Shown: one piece after another, positions 29,511 to 38,440 of the stretch | Layout of the letters: each line of letters starts with the position of its first letter | Numbering within the stretch: the stretch's first letter is position 1 | IMG/VR virus record: IMGVR_UViG_3300048549_001527 | Origin: a virus | Taxonomy: Duplodnaviria; Caudoviricetes | Length of the DNA: 64,000 nucleotides | Direction: 5' to 3' (one strand) | Notes under the pieces: model-generated | Database searches by the model: none | What the model was told of the DNA's origin: nothing | Seen by the model: only the letters and a program-made list of their open reading frames with translations | Position numbers and translations under genes: made by a program

Positions 29511-29553
29511 TGATTACCAAGAAGAACGAATCCATAATAGAGGAGTAGTACAT

Positions 29554-30534
29554 ATGTCAGAACATGACCTAGACGAAAAGTTCACGGTTGACGACGGTGG
29601 TTCGACTGTTCCTGCATCTTCAGTAGAAGATCCAGCAGCACCAGCCGGCGGAGCAGCCAAAAAGAAAAAAGCAGATGTTAAGAAATCAGTTGATCCAAAA
29701 GCTGATAAACTTGACGCTAAAACACCAGGAATGAACGAAGAAGAAGCATCCGATACTGATGCCGTTGAAATCGTTGAAGAAGAAGTAATTTCTATCGACG
29801 AATCAATTGCAAAAATGTTTGAAGGAATGGACCTTTCTGAGGAATTCACAAATAAAGTTACTCTAGTTTTTGAAGCAGCTGTTAATGAATCGGCCACGAA
29901 AAAAGCTGAAGCTATGACAGAAGAATATGCAGCTAAAGTTGACGCAGAAATGCAAGAATCAGTCGACTCAACTGTAAGCACTATTATTGAGAATCTTGAT
30001 TCATATCTCGACTACGTCGTAGAAGAGTGGATGAAAGAAAACGAACTCGCCATCGAATCCGGTATTAAGGTCGATATGGCAGAATCGTTAATGGACGGCC
30101 TGAAGGATCTTTTCACTGAGCACAACATTGCAGTAGACGACGAAGTCGTTGATGTGGTTGCAGGACTTGAAGAGAAAGTTGGAGAAATGACCGACGATGC
30201 AAACAAACGTATTGATGAAAATCTTGCGCTTGCAAAAGAGATCTCGGCTCTGAAGGCTGAAAAAGTTTTTAACGAAATGACTGAAGGACTTACGCTAACA
30301 CAAGCCGAGCGTCTGAAAGTACTTTCCGAAAAGCTTGACTTCGAAAACGTTGATGAGTATACAGATAATCTAAATACTCTTAAAGAATCATTCTTTGCAG
30401 AATCCAAACCGGTGGTTGCAGAGGAAGCTCAAGACGACGAAGAAGAAATCTTGACTGAGGAAACAGTTGTTGCTAAACCAGCTTCTGAAGATCCGTCAAT
30501 CAATGCTCTTCTCGCAGCTTTTGCGAAGAAATAA
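29554..30534 (+). CDS. gp22: Prohead core scaffold gp22
   Basis: Acidic coiled coil; LDSYLDYVVEEWMKENELAIESGI; LNTLKESFF. Confidence 0.93.
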   Translation: MSEHDLDEKFTVDDGGSTVPASSVEDPAAPAGGAAKKKKADVKKSVDPKADKLDAKTPGMNEEEASDTDAVEIVEEEVISIDESIAKMFEGMDLSEEFTNKVTLVFEAAVNESATKKAEAMTEEYAAKVDAEMQESVDSTVSTIIENLDSYLDYVVEEWMKENELAIESGIKVDMAESLMDGLKDLFTEHNIAVDDEVVDVVAGLEEKVGEMTDDANKRIDENLALAKEISALKAEKVFNEMTEGLTLTQAERLKVLSEKLDFENVDEYTDNLNTLKESFFAESKPVVAEEAQDDEEEILTEETVVAKPASEDPSINALLAAFAKK

Positions 30535-30551
30535 TTTGAAAACCTTAACTT

Positions 30552-30559
30552 TATAAATA
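30552..30559 (+). promoter_or_regulatory. T4-type late promoter TATAAATA
   Basis: Exact match upstream of gp23. Confidence 0.8.
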
Positions 30560-30599
30560 ATCCTAGACGAACAAACAATAAACAAGGAGATAGAAAGAT

Positions 30600-31907
30600 A
30601 TGACTCAGTCAAACTATCAAGCGCTTGTAGAAAAGTGGGGCCCAGTTCTGGAGCACGACTCTTTTGCAAACATTAAAGATCAGCACCGTAAATCGGTCAC
30701 TGCAACTGTTCTAGAGAATACTCAAAAAGCTCTAGTATCTGAAGGTGATCTGAGTGCAAACATGACTTCGCTTTTGTCTGAAGCAACTCATGTAAACGAC
30801 GCAGGCACAGGTGGCTTCGGCGCAGACTCAACTGCTGCTGGTCCAACTGCAGGTTACGACCCAATCCTAATTTCATTGGTACGTCGTGCAATGCCAAACT
30901 TGATCGCATATGACATCGCTGGTGTTCAGCCGATGACTGGCCCAACAGGCTTGATCTTCGCAATGCGTTCAACACATACTACGCAAGCTGCGGCTAACGA
31001 AGTATTTTATAACGAAGCTGATACAGACTTCTCAGGTACAGGTACTCATGCACAAGCATTGGGTTCAGCCAACTCAACAGTTACTACAACTGGTACGGGC
31101 CTTGCTACTGCAGATGCTGAATCAGACGCCAACTTCAACGAAATGGCATTCTCAATCGAGAAGGTTTCCGTAACAGCGAAATCACGCCAGTTGAAAGCGG
31201 AATACACAGCTGAGCTTGCTCAGGATCTTAAAGCCGTACACGGTTTGGATGCTGAAACAGAATTGGCTAACATTCTGCAATCAGAAATCTTGGTTGAAAT
31301 CAACCGCGAATTGGTTCGTACTATTTACACAAACGCGGTACTCGGCGCAGCCGGTACAGCAACTCCAGGTACTTTTGATCTGGATGTTGATGCAAATGGT
31401 CGTTGGTCAGTTGAAAAATTCAAAGGCCTGATGTTCCAAATCGAGCAAGAAGCAAACGCAATTGCAAAAGGTACACGTCGTGGTAAAGGTAACATGGTTA
31501 TCTGTTCTTCCGATGTTGCATCCGCATTGCAAATGGCAGGTGTTCTTGATTATACTCCAGCATTGAACAGCAATGCACTTGACGTAGATGACACAGGCAA
31601 CACATTCGCCGGTGTTCTGAACGGTCGTTACAGAGTATACATCGATCCATATGCCGGAGCTAACTACATGGTTGTAGGTTATAAAGGTTCTTCATCTTTC
31701 GATGCAGGTATCTTCTATTGCCCATACGTACCGTTGCAGATGGTTCGCGCAGTTGGTGAAAACAGCTTCCAGCCAAAAATCGGATTTAAGACTCGCTACG
31801 GCATGGTCTCTAACCCGTTCTCAGCTGGCGCTTCACAAGGCAACGGCGCATTGACTGTAGACTCAAACGTTTACTACCGTCGTGTAACTGTAAGCAACTT
31901 GTTTTAA
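30600..31907 (+). CDS. gp23: Major capsid protein gp23
   Basis: LISLVRRAMPNLIAYDIAGVQPMTGPTGLIFAMRS; GIFYCPYVPL; FQPKIGFKTRYG. Confidence 0.98.
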   Translation: MTQSNYQALVEKWGPVLEHDSFANIKDQHRKSVTATVLENTQKALVSEGDLSANMTSLLSEATHVNDAGTGGFGADSTAAGPTAGYDPILISLVRRAMPNLIAYDIAGVQPMTGPTGLIFAMRSTHTTQAAANEVFYNEADTDFSGTGTHAQALGSANSTVTTTGTGLATADAESDANFNEMAFSIEKVSVTAKSRQLKAEYTAELAQDLKAVHGLDAETELANILQSEILVEINRELVRTIYTNAVLGAAGTATPGTFDLDVDANGRWSVEKFKGLMFQIEQEANAIAKGTRRGKGNMVICSSDVASALQMAGVLDYTPALNSNALDVDDTGNTFAGVLNGRYRVYIDPYAGANYMVVGYKGSSSFDAGIFYCPYVPLQMVRAVGENSFQPKIGFKTRYGMVSNPFSAGASQGNGALTVDSNVYYRRVTVSNLF

Positions 31908-31943
31908 TAACAAGAAGTAAGGTTAACTTACCACAAACTAATT

Positions 31944-31969
31944 GGGGAGCTTTTCAGCTCCCCTTTTTT
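31944..31969 (+). terminator. Rho-independent terminator after gp23
   Basis: GGGGAGC-ttttca-GCTCCCC followed by TTTTTT. Confidence 0.9.
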
Positions 31970-31987
31970 ATATCTTTTCAACAGAAT

Positions 31988-32233
31988 TTACATTCCTAGA
32001 GCATCCATATACATTTCAGTCATTGCGTTTTCATTATCAATATCATCACGGTTACGTTTACGAATTGAGACAATTTTACGCATTACCTTTGGTTCATATC
32101 CGCTGCCTTTTGCTTCGGCATAAACTTCCTTGATAGAGTCCATGATATCTCTCTTTTCTTGTTCCAAACGCTCAATCCGCTCAATGAATGCGCGAAGTTC
32201 ATCTGCTGTTACTGTTGCTGTATCTTGTGCCAT
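31988..32233 (-). CDS. gapR: GapR/DUF2312 family nucleoid-associated protein (in-frame upstream start at 32332 also possible)
   Basis: TADELRAFIERIERLEQEKRDI...IKEVYAEAKGSGYEPKVMRKIVSIRK...YMDALGM; AGGAG RBS before ATG at 32233. Confidence 0.9.
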   Translation of the reverse strand: MAQDTATVTADELRAFIERIERLEQEKRDIMDSIKEVYAEAKGSGYEPKVMRKIVSIRKRNRDDIDNENAMTEMYMDALGM

Positions 32234-32331
32234 TAAATAATCTCCTGCTGTTGTAAATTTCAAATCACCCATATTATTACGATTAACAGCATCATAATCA
32301 GGGTAGCCTTTTTCAAAGACTGGGCTTTCCA

Positions 32332-32754
32332 TTAAAGTTTTCCTTCTTCTCTCATTTGTTTACGGATTTTAGTTGCCGATATATCATGTATATCTTTACC
32401 AAGATCGTGCTCTGTAAAGGTATATCCAACACCACGGCCATAACTAATATCAACAATATTAGGTACTTCTAAAATCATATATTCAAATCCATTGTGATAT
32501 CCGTGTTCAGCTAAACCATTTTCGATATTCTCAACAACTTGGATCATACCAAACGGATTATCATCTTGAGCTGCAGTACGCCCAGCGCCTGCATCTCCTT
32601 CAAAATTAAATACGTCACGTATCATAATAAGGACTTGACCTGTTTCCGCGAGTGCGCATTTAAACAGTTCAGTGTGACCGTCATGCCAAGGTTGCCATCG
32701 GCCTAACATTTGTGTGGTTGGTTTTTTATAGTCAAATTGTGGTTTATCATACAT
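32332..32754 (-). CDS. HxGH nucleotidylyltransferase (NMNAT/ATP-sulfurylase fold)
   Basis: MLGRWQPWHDGH, DNPF, ISATKIR. Confidence 0.8.
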   Translation of the reverse strand: MYDKPQFDYKKPTTQMLGRWQPWHDGHTELFKCALAETGQVLIMIRDVFNFEGDAGAGRTAAQDDNPFGMIQVVENIENGLAEHGYHNGFEYMILEVPNIVDISYGRGVGYTFTEHDLGKDIHDISATKIRKQMREEGKL

Positions 32755-33175
32755 TTCCGTGTAACCTTACGTGCCGCTCTACAGCATCAGCTAAAGTTTC
32801 ATCAGTGTTATCAAACCATTTAGTCACATGATAATCTGCTTGAGTTGGTTTTTGAAACATCTTGTTTGTATCTCCAAATCGCCCTTCTTTAATAGTATCC
32901 ATCCATACTGTATAGTCAGCATCAAAGATTTCACGAGTTTCTTCAAGTGGACAGACAAAATCGCAAATAACAGTTCGTTTCATTTCTTTTTCGTAATCGG
33001 CAATTCCTTTCATACGATAAGCTTGACGTAAACGCGCTGCTTCGCTGAATTCCCAATCGTTTGCCATTTCGCGGATTTTATCGGCATTAAACCAAGCGCA
33101 ATTCAAACGCTTTTGTAGTCTTTCTGCTAGCCAAGTTTTACCTGACCCAGGCAACCCAAAGATCAATATTTTCAT
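32747..33175 (-). CDS. cysC: Adenylylsulfate (APS) kinase-like P-loop kinase
   Basis: GLPGSGKT; NADKIRE..NDWEFSEAARLRQA.RM; VICDFVCP. Confidence 0.75.
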   Translation of the reverse strand: MKILIFGLPGSGKTWLAERLQKRLNCAWFNADKIREMANDWEFSEAARLRQAYRMKGIADYEKEMKRTVICDFVCPLEETREIFDADYTVWMDTIKEGRFGDTNKMFQKPTQADYHVTKWFDNTDETLADAVERHVRLHGNV

Positions 33176-33537
33176 TCATTGTCTCCTTCTGACATATCGA
33201 TGTTAGATATAGTAATAAGCAGCGCAGTAAATACAATAATTGAATAAAATGACATAAATCCAACCATAAAGAAATAGCCTGCTTTATAAAGATACGCAAG
33301 TGTAATTAAAGCTGAGCCTTGCACCAAAAGCTTTTCTCTCCATGTTGACTCTTCGTCAAACGCTAACTCAATGGTCCAATTGGGACTCAATATTAACGCT
33401 GAAATCTTTCCAAACTGATACATATTATAAAAAATTAATACAGCTCCTGGAATTAAAAAGTATTCGTTGCCGTGCGTATAAAAATATCCAGCGCCACCTA
33501 TGATGTGAGTTAATATAATTCCATAAAGATAAAGCAT
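33172..33537 (-). CDS. Hypothetical membrane protein (about 4 TM)
   Basis: Hydrophobic segments; stop overlaps next start. Confidence 0.6.
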   Translation of the reverse strand: MLYLYGIILTHIIGGAGYFYTHGNEYFLIPGAVLIFYNMYQFGKISALILSPNWTIELAFDEESTWREKLLVQGSALITLAYLYKAGYFFMVGFMSFYSIIVFTALLITISNIDMSEGDNE

Positions 33538-33593
33538 TTAATATATACCACCTGGGATAAAGTTCATATCAAGCCAAATTGCTACTAGACCTA

Positions 33594-33618
33594 GAAATAG
33601 CCCATAAAGGACTATTTC
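33594..33618 (-). terminator. Hairpin downstream of DUF932 gene (no U-tract)
   Basis: GAAATAGTCC-tttat-GGGCTATTTC on - strand with one G-U pair. Confidence 0.4.
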
Positions 33619-33652
33619 AACAGGTTTTAGATTTTTCATATGGTTATGAAAT

Positions 33653-34609
33653 TTACGAAGCATTAGCCATCTCCAACGCAAGATCTAACGCATCAACTTT
33701 GCGCTTTGCGTTTGTTCCGAACCAAGCAGATGCCATACGTGTATCTGCAGAACGACCTAGTTCATGGTCAGCCATATAGGTAACTGCATTATACGCGTTC
33801 CACCAAGTGCCAGGGCGGAAGTTATCTCCTGGTTGGTTTTCAACAACTTCAACAGCACGTTCAGCTGTTCGCGACAAATCACGGTCTTCGCGAGTCGACT
33901 CTCCAAAGATCTTTGCCATAAACCGGTTAAGTACTTCTTTGTCATAGTTTTTAGAACCAAGAAACTCGGCGGCTTCTTTAAACTTTTCAACTTTGTTGTG
34001 AGATAAACCAAGAATTTCTTTAACACTTTCAGGATCAAACACTGAACGGTGATTTACACGCACAGATGGTTGGTTCTTTTCGTTAAGAGCTACAGCCAAT
34101 GTGTTATTGCATACAACACGTTCCATTACGAACTTGATGTCAATGCTTTTTCCGTAAACATGTGGATTAGAAAACAAAAGGTAGCCTTTAACGGCATCAC
34201 CACCGAAAAGCTCAAAGCCATCACGGACATCGGCAAGAGCCCAAACCAAACGGCCATCTTTCAACGAACCGGCTGTATCCATAGCCATATCTCCGTTTGA
34301 AACAAAGTCGTTAAAAAACTCAAATGCTTCAGAGTTTTGTACTGGGTTCCAACCAGTTCCAACTTGTGTAAGGATTTTTCCATCTGATGAACGGACCAAC
34401 GCTTGTTGACCAGTTTCTTTTTGCTCACCGTTGTAATTGATGAATGTGTTGACTTTTTCAACTGACCAGTCAAGGCCTGCTGCTTCCATCATTTGCTGCG
34501 GCGACATATCGTCACCAACAGGAACACCTAGTCCATGCCAAGGTAGACCTTGACTTTCACGGTACGCCATTTGAGCTTGACCGTTAATCATTTCCAATTC
34601 ATGTGCCAT
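33653..34609 (-). CDS. DUF932 / TIGR03299-type phage-plasmid protein
   Basis: MAHELE..; PWHGLG; AGLDWSV; QNSEAFEF; TAGSLKDGRLVW; RVVCNNTL; WWNAYNAVTYMADH. Confidence 0.88.
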   Translation of the reverse strand: MAHELEMINGQAQMAYRESQGLPWHGLGVPVGDDMSPQQMMEAAGLDWSVEKVNTFINYNGEQKETGQQALVRSSDGKILTQVGTGWNPVQNSEAFEFFNDFVSNGDMAMDTAGSLKDGRLVWALADVRDGFELFGGDAVKGYLLFSNPHVYGKSIDIKFVMERVVCNNTLAVALNEKNQPSVRVNHRSVFDPESVKEILGLSHNKVEKFKEAAEFLGSKNYDKEVLNRFMAKIFGESTREDRDLSRTAERAVEVVENQPGDNFRPGTWWNAYNAVTYMADHELGRSADTRMASAWFGTNAKRKVDALDLALEMANAS

Positions 34610-34641
34610 AGTATATTTTCCTTTTCATTTTGTATATAACT

Positions 34642-34670
34642 AGTATATACTGATTCCATTATAATGTCAA
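34642..34670 (-). promoter_or_regulatory. Sigma70-type early promoter with GANTC in spacer
   Basis: TTGACA-17nt-TATACT; GAATC at 34652-34656. Confidence 0.8.
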
Positions 34671-34677
34671 CTGTTAA

Positions 34678-34989
34678 TTAAGCTAATTCATAACCAAAGT
34701 AAGACTTAACAAACTCGTTATCACAGTCTTTAGCAAAAGCCAAAACCAATGCCTCACGAGGTGATGTATCCATAAATTGAACGTGGTTTGCAAGTGTTTC
34801 GGAATCTGATTGACGGAACAAGCTGATAGCTTTGTGAAAATCGTCAGCATCTTCGTTATACATATCAGAAAGATCGCCGCTATCTTTAGCATATTCACGA
34901 TACACGGCAACCAATTTAGCTACGTTTGTAAGAGGTGTTTCCGTCCAAAATTTTTGAGCTTGAGTTGTCATTGTCTGATTCCTTTTCAT
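34678..34989 (-). CDS. Hypothetical protein (likely start at MTTQ, 34971)
   Basis: ORF downstream of promoter and AAAGGA RBS. Confidence 0.65.
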   Translation of the reverse strand: MKRNQTMTTQAQKFWTETPLTNVAKLVAVYREYAKDSGDLSDMYNEDADDFHKAISLFRQSDSETLANHVQFMDTSPREALVLAFAKDCDNEFVKSYFGYELA

Positions 34990-35002
34990 TTGTTATATTA
35001 AT

Positions 35003-35031
35003 AATATAACTGATTCTATATAGAATGTCAA
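35003..35031 (-). promoter_or_regulatory. Sigma70-type early promoter with GANTC in spacer
   Basis: TTGACA-17nt-TATATT; GAATC at 35012-35016. Confidence 0.8.
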
Positions 35032-35059
35032 CAATAAAATGAAAATAAATTAAATTATT

Positions 35060-35422
35060 TTAGTGGATCGTTTCGTTATACATTGGCAAAGCGTCAACCA
35101 TGTCATGAGTATATTGAGTAAACCCAGATTTAATCAAATCCACTACATCAACATATTGACCGTCAGAATGTATTTCCGCAACTTTACATAGAGGATAGTC
35201 CTCAATTAAAAAGGCTTGCATATATTTAAATGCTTCTCTTTTTGTATCAAAAGAATATGCCCTGCTGATACCGAACATATCATTTTTTGAAAATATTCTC
35301 ATGATACTCAGTATACCATTTCCGCCAGGAGCGGGCATACGATGAGTACCAAGGAATACTCCCATTTCTTCGTCAATGATTACATATCTCAAGCTGGATA
35401 TCCTTGAAAACCTTGCCACCAA
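35060..35422 (-). CDS. Hypothetical protein (start possibly TTG at 35392)
   Basis: ORF track; TTG start overlaps the upstream TGA. Confidence 0.55.
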   Translation of the reverse strand: MVARFSRISSLRYVIIDEEMGVFLGTHRMPAPGGNGILSIMRIFSKNDMFGISRAYSFDTKREAFKYMQAFLIEDYPLCKVAEIHSDGQYVDVVDLIKSGFTQYTHDMVDALPMYNETIH

Positions 35423-35958
35423 TAAGGAGCTTCACGGCCTTTATTCCATACGGCAAAGTCTTTAGTCATATGATAGTATTTACGATATGCCGCGACTGGA
35501 TCGCCTGCAACTTTACACAATGGAAAGTTATTCATTGCTTGAGGAAATTCTGTCAAACCTACATCTGGTATATTTTCGGGTGGCTGAGCAAGTACTTCAG
35601 TCAACTTATTTGCAGTCATATGAAGCTTTTTGTATCTTACTAGAAACTCATCTACAAGCCCGAGAAAGTGCTCATAATGCCATAGATAATTGGCCTTTGA
35701 TTTCATAGACCAAATTGTGCATGGATGATGGTGGTGAACTGCTTTATATAAGGTATTTTCTAGGTTACTGTTAGGATGAACATAGTACTTAACCATAACC
35801 TTACCTGACTTTGAAGGACGTTTTTCCATGTAACCGTCAAGCATACGATGAGCCGTGGACAGCATTTGTCCAGACTCAATAATCATCTTACTGCAGTGTT
35901 TGTCGCAGACCATCTGAGCCGCTTCTCGCGGCTCTTCAGATAACACAAATATATTCAT
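35389..35958 (-). CDS. Pyrimidine-dimer DNA glycosylase-like (DenV family) protein
   Basis: MNIFVLSEEP..AAQ..CDKH..KMIIES.QMLSTAH; HHPCTIW; NYLWHYEHF..L..E...RY.K.H; AAYRKYY. Confidence 0.75.
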   Translation of the reverse strand: MNIFVLSEEPREAAQMVCDKHCSKMIIESGQMLSTAHRMLDGYMEKRPSKSGKVMVKYYVHPNSNLENTLYKAVHHHHPCTIWSMKSKANYLWHYEHFLGLVDEFLVRYKKLHMTANKLTEVLAQPPENIPDVGLTEFPQAMNNFPLCKVAGDPVAAYRKYYHMTKDFAVWNKGREAPYWWQGFQGYPA

Positions 35959-36257
35959 ATAGCAAATCCTTTGTTTTGCAAGATACGAAGCGGAGCACCG
36001 TCAATACCTTCGTCTTTACGAGCTTCAACATATTCTTCAACTGTGAAGTTATTAATAAGGAACTTTTTGAAAGCACCCATTTTAACAGGTCCACCGCTAT
36101 ACTTAAAGCGAGCGATAAACAATTCTTTTGGCATACCTACGCGTGAAGGATGACAGTTAGGAGCAACTTGATCCCATGTTGGCTGACCTTCGTAAGTACC
36201 TGTGTACTCAAGATATCCGCCGTGGTAGGTAAACTTTTTTCTATCAAACTTAGTCAT
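35955..36257 (-). CDS. Hypothetical protein
   Basis: AGGAG RBS; early and late promoters upstream. Confidence 0.7.
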   Translation of the reverse strand: MTKFDRKKFTYHGGYLEYTGTYEGQPTWDQVAPNCHPSRVGMPKELFIARFKYSGGPVKMGAFKKFLINNFTVEEYVEARKDEGIDGAPLRILQNKGFAI

Positions 36258-36269
36258 AGTGATTCTCCT

Positions 36270-36311
36270 TATTTATAGAATCAATATAATCTATTTCATA
36301 ATGAATGTCAA
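36270..36311 (-). promoter_or_regulatory. Sigma70 early promoter with GANTC abutting -10, plus late promoter TATAAATA
   Basis: TTGACA(36311-36306)-17nt-TATATT-GATTC(36282-36278)-TATAAATA(36277-36270). Confidence 0.8.
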
Positions 36312-36979
36312 TGGCGTTCTTTCATTTCTTTGTACTTTTTTCGTACTGCAATGAAATGCTCTAAATAATCATAAGTGTTGACTTTAAAAATTTGTGGTTC
36401 TGAACCGTCTACAGTTATCAAGATTACACCTTGTTTAATGGGTATGGAAGTTCGTTCGTAAAATGCAGCTGCATAAAAAGATGCTTGAATAAAATAGTTA
36501 GTAATCCATTCTTCTTTCTTTGGTTTCCTTGATGTTTTAAAATCAACAATAGAAAGCTGACCGTCAAACTCAGCAATACAGTCAACCTGTCCTGCGCATT
36601 TTAGTCTATCAGAATATAAGAACTCTTCTTGAAACCAAACATTATTTAAGCGTTGGTCAAGTATAGATTTTAAATCATTAAAGGATTGGAGATTTGAAGG
36701 CATTGCACCTTTGTTCCAATCCTCTTTGTTATCTAAATAATCTTCTGCAAGTTTGTGTACCGCAGTACCACGAGTTGCAGCTTGTTGTGATATTCTGTTG
36801 GCTTCTGCTTCGCCGACTCTTTGTCGCCATGCAAGAATGCCTTCTTTATTCAATACACCGAGAACCGTTGTGATTGACGGATATGCATTACCTTCCGGTG
36901 TAAAGTATTTTCTACCACTTTTAGTGGTTTCGCGTGTTAATTTGGGAAGCACCACGCCGTGCTCAACATGATTAAACAT
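36308..36979 (-). CDS. PD-(D/E)XK exonuclease (Cas4-like phage nuclease)
   Basis: YPSITTVL; AATRGTAVHKLAEDYL; AGQVDCIAEF; IVDFKTS; YFIQASFYA. Confidence 0.85.
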   Translation of the reverse strand: MFNHVEHGVVLPKLTRETTKSGRKYFTPEGNAYPSITTVLGVLNKEGILAWRQRVGEAEANRISQQAATRGTAVHKLAEDYLDNKEDWNKGAMPSNLQSFNDLKSILDQRLNNVWFQEEFLYSDRLKCAGQVDCIAEFDGQLSIVDFKTSRKPKKEEWITNYFIQASFYAAAFYERTSIPIKQGVILITVDGSEPQIFKVNTYDYLEHFIAVRKKYKEMKERH

Positions 36980-36987
36980 AATATAAA

Positions 36988-37335
36988 TTAGCCGCCTATA
37001 ATTACTTTAGACGCTCCTGATGTTATTTCTGCGCCGCACAGATAGGTATCACCTTTCCGTCCAGCTTTCTTTCCTTCAATTTTAACCTTAGTAGAACCTG
37101 AGTTAAATTTTGGAGTATGAGTAGAACAGGTGCCGCCTATTGGATGAGCAGTAACTTTGTTGTCTCCACGAACAACACCTGTTCCCATTGCAAAAACTTT
37201 TTCGCTGCACTCGTTGGTTGTAGTGTCAATAGGATCTACGTCACAGAATGAACTATCATCTGTATCTTCGTCTCCTGTTGCAGGATGTACTGTATCCACA
37301 GTATCTACTGAATCTCCACGTGCAGCTTCTGGCAT
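36988..37335 (-). CDS. PAAR-motif spike tip protein (gp5.4-like)
   Basis: MPEAARGD; HPIGGTCSTH; SGSTKVKIEGKKAGRKGD..CGAEITSGASKVIIGG. Confidence 0.8.
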   Translation of the reverse strand: MPEAARGDSVDTVDTVHPATGDEDTDDSSFCDVDPIDTTTNECSEKVFAMGTGVVRGDNKVTAHPIGGTCSTHTPKFNSGSTKVKIEGKKAGRKGDTYLCGAEITSGASKVIIGG

Positions 37336-37336
37336 T

Positions 37337-38086
37337 TTATGCAGCCTCTAAAAGTTTTTCTTTTGCAATTATATATTCTTTAACTAATCCTGACCGAACA
37401 ATATCTTCCACTCCAAATCTTACTACGTCAAAAGATGGAATGGCGCTTAAAACTTTTATAAAGTCATGTAAGCCTGTAATATCTGCTCTGTTTCGAGATT
37501 GCTGAAGATCGTCTTGCTTTGTATCACCACAGAAAATAATCTTTGATGATTCGCCGACTCGAGTAATAATGCTATCAAGTTCGTGGTAAGTCATTGACTG
37601 GCATTCATCTACGATAATGATTGCGTTGTCAAACGTGAGTCCTCTTACAAATGATGATGTTTTAAACTCTATCATACCTTTTGTTTTTAAAATTTGATAA
37701 GCATCCTTTCTTCCAAATAGATCGTTTGTGATATCAGTGTACGGTGCTTCGAACACTGCCTCTTTCTGTGCCTGAGAACCTGGCATAAAACCTTGCTCTC
37801 TTGTCTGAACTGCAGATCTAATTATGACGACCTTTTCATATTCTCCTTTCTGTAGTACATCATTGAGTGCCAAATATGTAGCACACATTGTTTTTCCTGT
37901 ACCTGCCGTTCCGATGGCTGCTAGATTAAATCCTTGTTGATAAGAGTCAAATAAATCAGATTGAGATGGTGTTAATGGTTTTATTTGTCGCATTGAAAAC
38001 TTAGTGTTTAAAACACGCATCATATGTTCTTGATCTCTTTCTGCTCTTCTTCTTTCTTTCCGGGATAGTCTGCGCTGTTTAGCCAT
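37337..38086 (-). CDS. phoH: PhoH-like ATPase
   Basis: GTAGTGKT; FVRGLTFDNAIIIVDECQ; ITRVGESSKIIFCGD..QDDL; IVRSGLVKEYI. Confidence 0.93.
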   Translation of the reverse strand: MAKQRRLSRKERRRAERDQEHMMRVLNTKFSMRQIKPLTPSQSDLFDSYQQGFNLAAIGTAGTGKTMCATYLALNDVLQKGEYEKVVIIRSAVQTREQGFMPGSQAQKEAVFEAPYTDITNDLFGRKDAYQILKTKGMIEFKTSSFVRGLTFDNAIIIVDECQSMTYHELDSIITRVGESSKIIFCGDTKQDDLQQSRNRADITGLHDFIKVLSAIPSFDVVRFGVEDIVRSGLVKEYIIAKEKLLEAA

Positions 38087-38105
38087 GAAACCTCCTAGTG
38101 GTTTA

Positions 38106-38369
38106 TTACCACGTGTTTATTTTATTTTGAGCTCCACCTTTTTTAATTGAACTTGGATGGTGCTTTTTTACGTTGCTTAAAACATCACGAAACCCAGCGT
38201 CAGGCTTTTTAAGACCAAGACGTACTGAGTCACCAATAGCTGGTGGCCTTCCAATTCTTTGAGTTATATTAGGGTTTTCTTTGAGGTAGAGATCTCGCTC
38301 TGAGATCTTCATAATTTTATCAAATACAGTACCAGTGTTTGTATCTTCAAACGTATAGGTTGGCATCAA
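38106..38369 (-). CDS. FmdB-like small regulatory protein (Cys ligands absent)
   Basis: MPTYTFEDTNTG..F...MKISE...YLKENP; GF.DVL..VKK.HP. Confidence 0.6.
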   Translation of the reverse strand: MMPTYTFEDTNTGTVFDKIMKISERDLYLKENPNITQRIGRPPAIGDSVRLGLKKPDAGFRDVLSNVKKHHPSSIKKGGAQNKINTW

Positions 38370-38421
38370 GTCTCCTCTTTTTCAAATAATTCATAGTGTA
38401 CCAATTTACCAATTGTAAAAC

Positions 38422-38429
38422 TATTTATA
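38422..38429 (-). promoter_or_regulatory. T4-type late promoter TATAAATA
   Basis: TATTTATA on + strand upstream of the FmdB-phoH-PAAR-exonuclease run. Confidence 0.65.
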
Positions 38430-38440
38430 ACGCAAAACAG

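Noticed and set aside
36308..36979. CRISPR-associated Cas4
   Set aside because: No array or other cas genes; this nuclease is a common neighbour of phoH in T4-like phages
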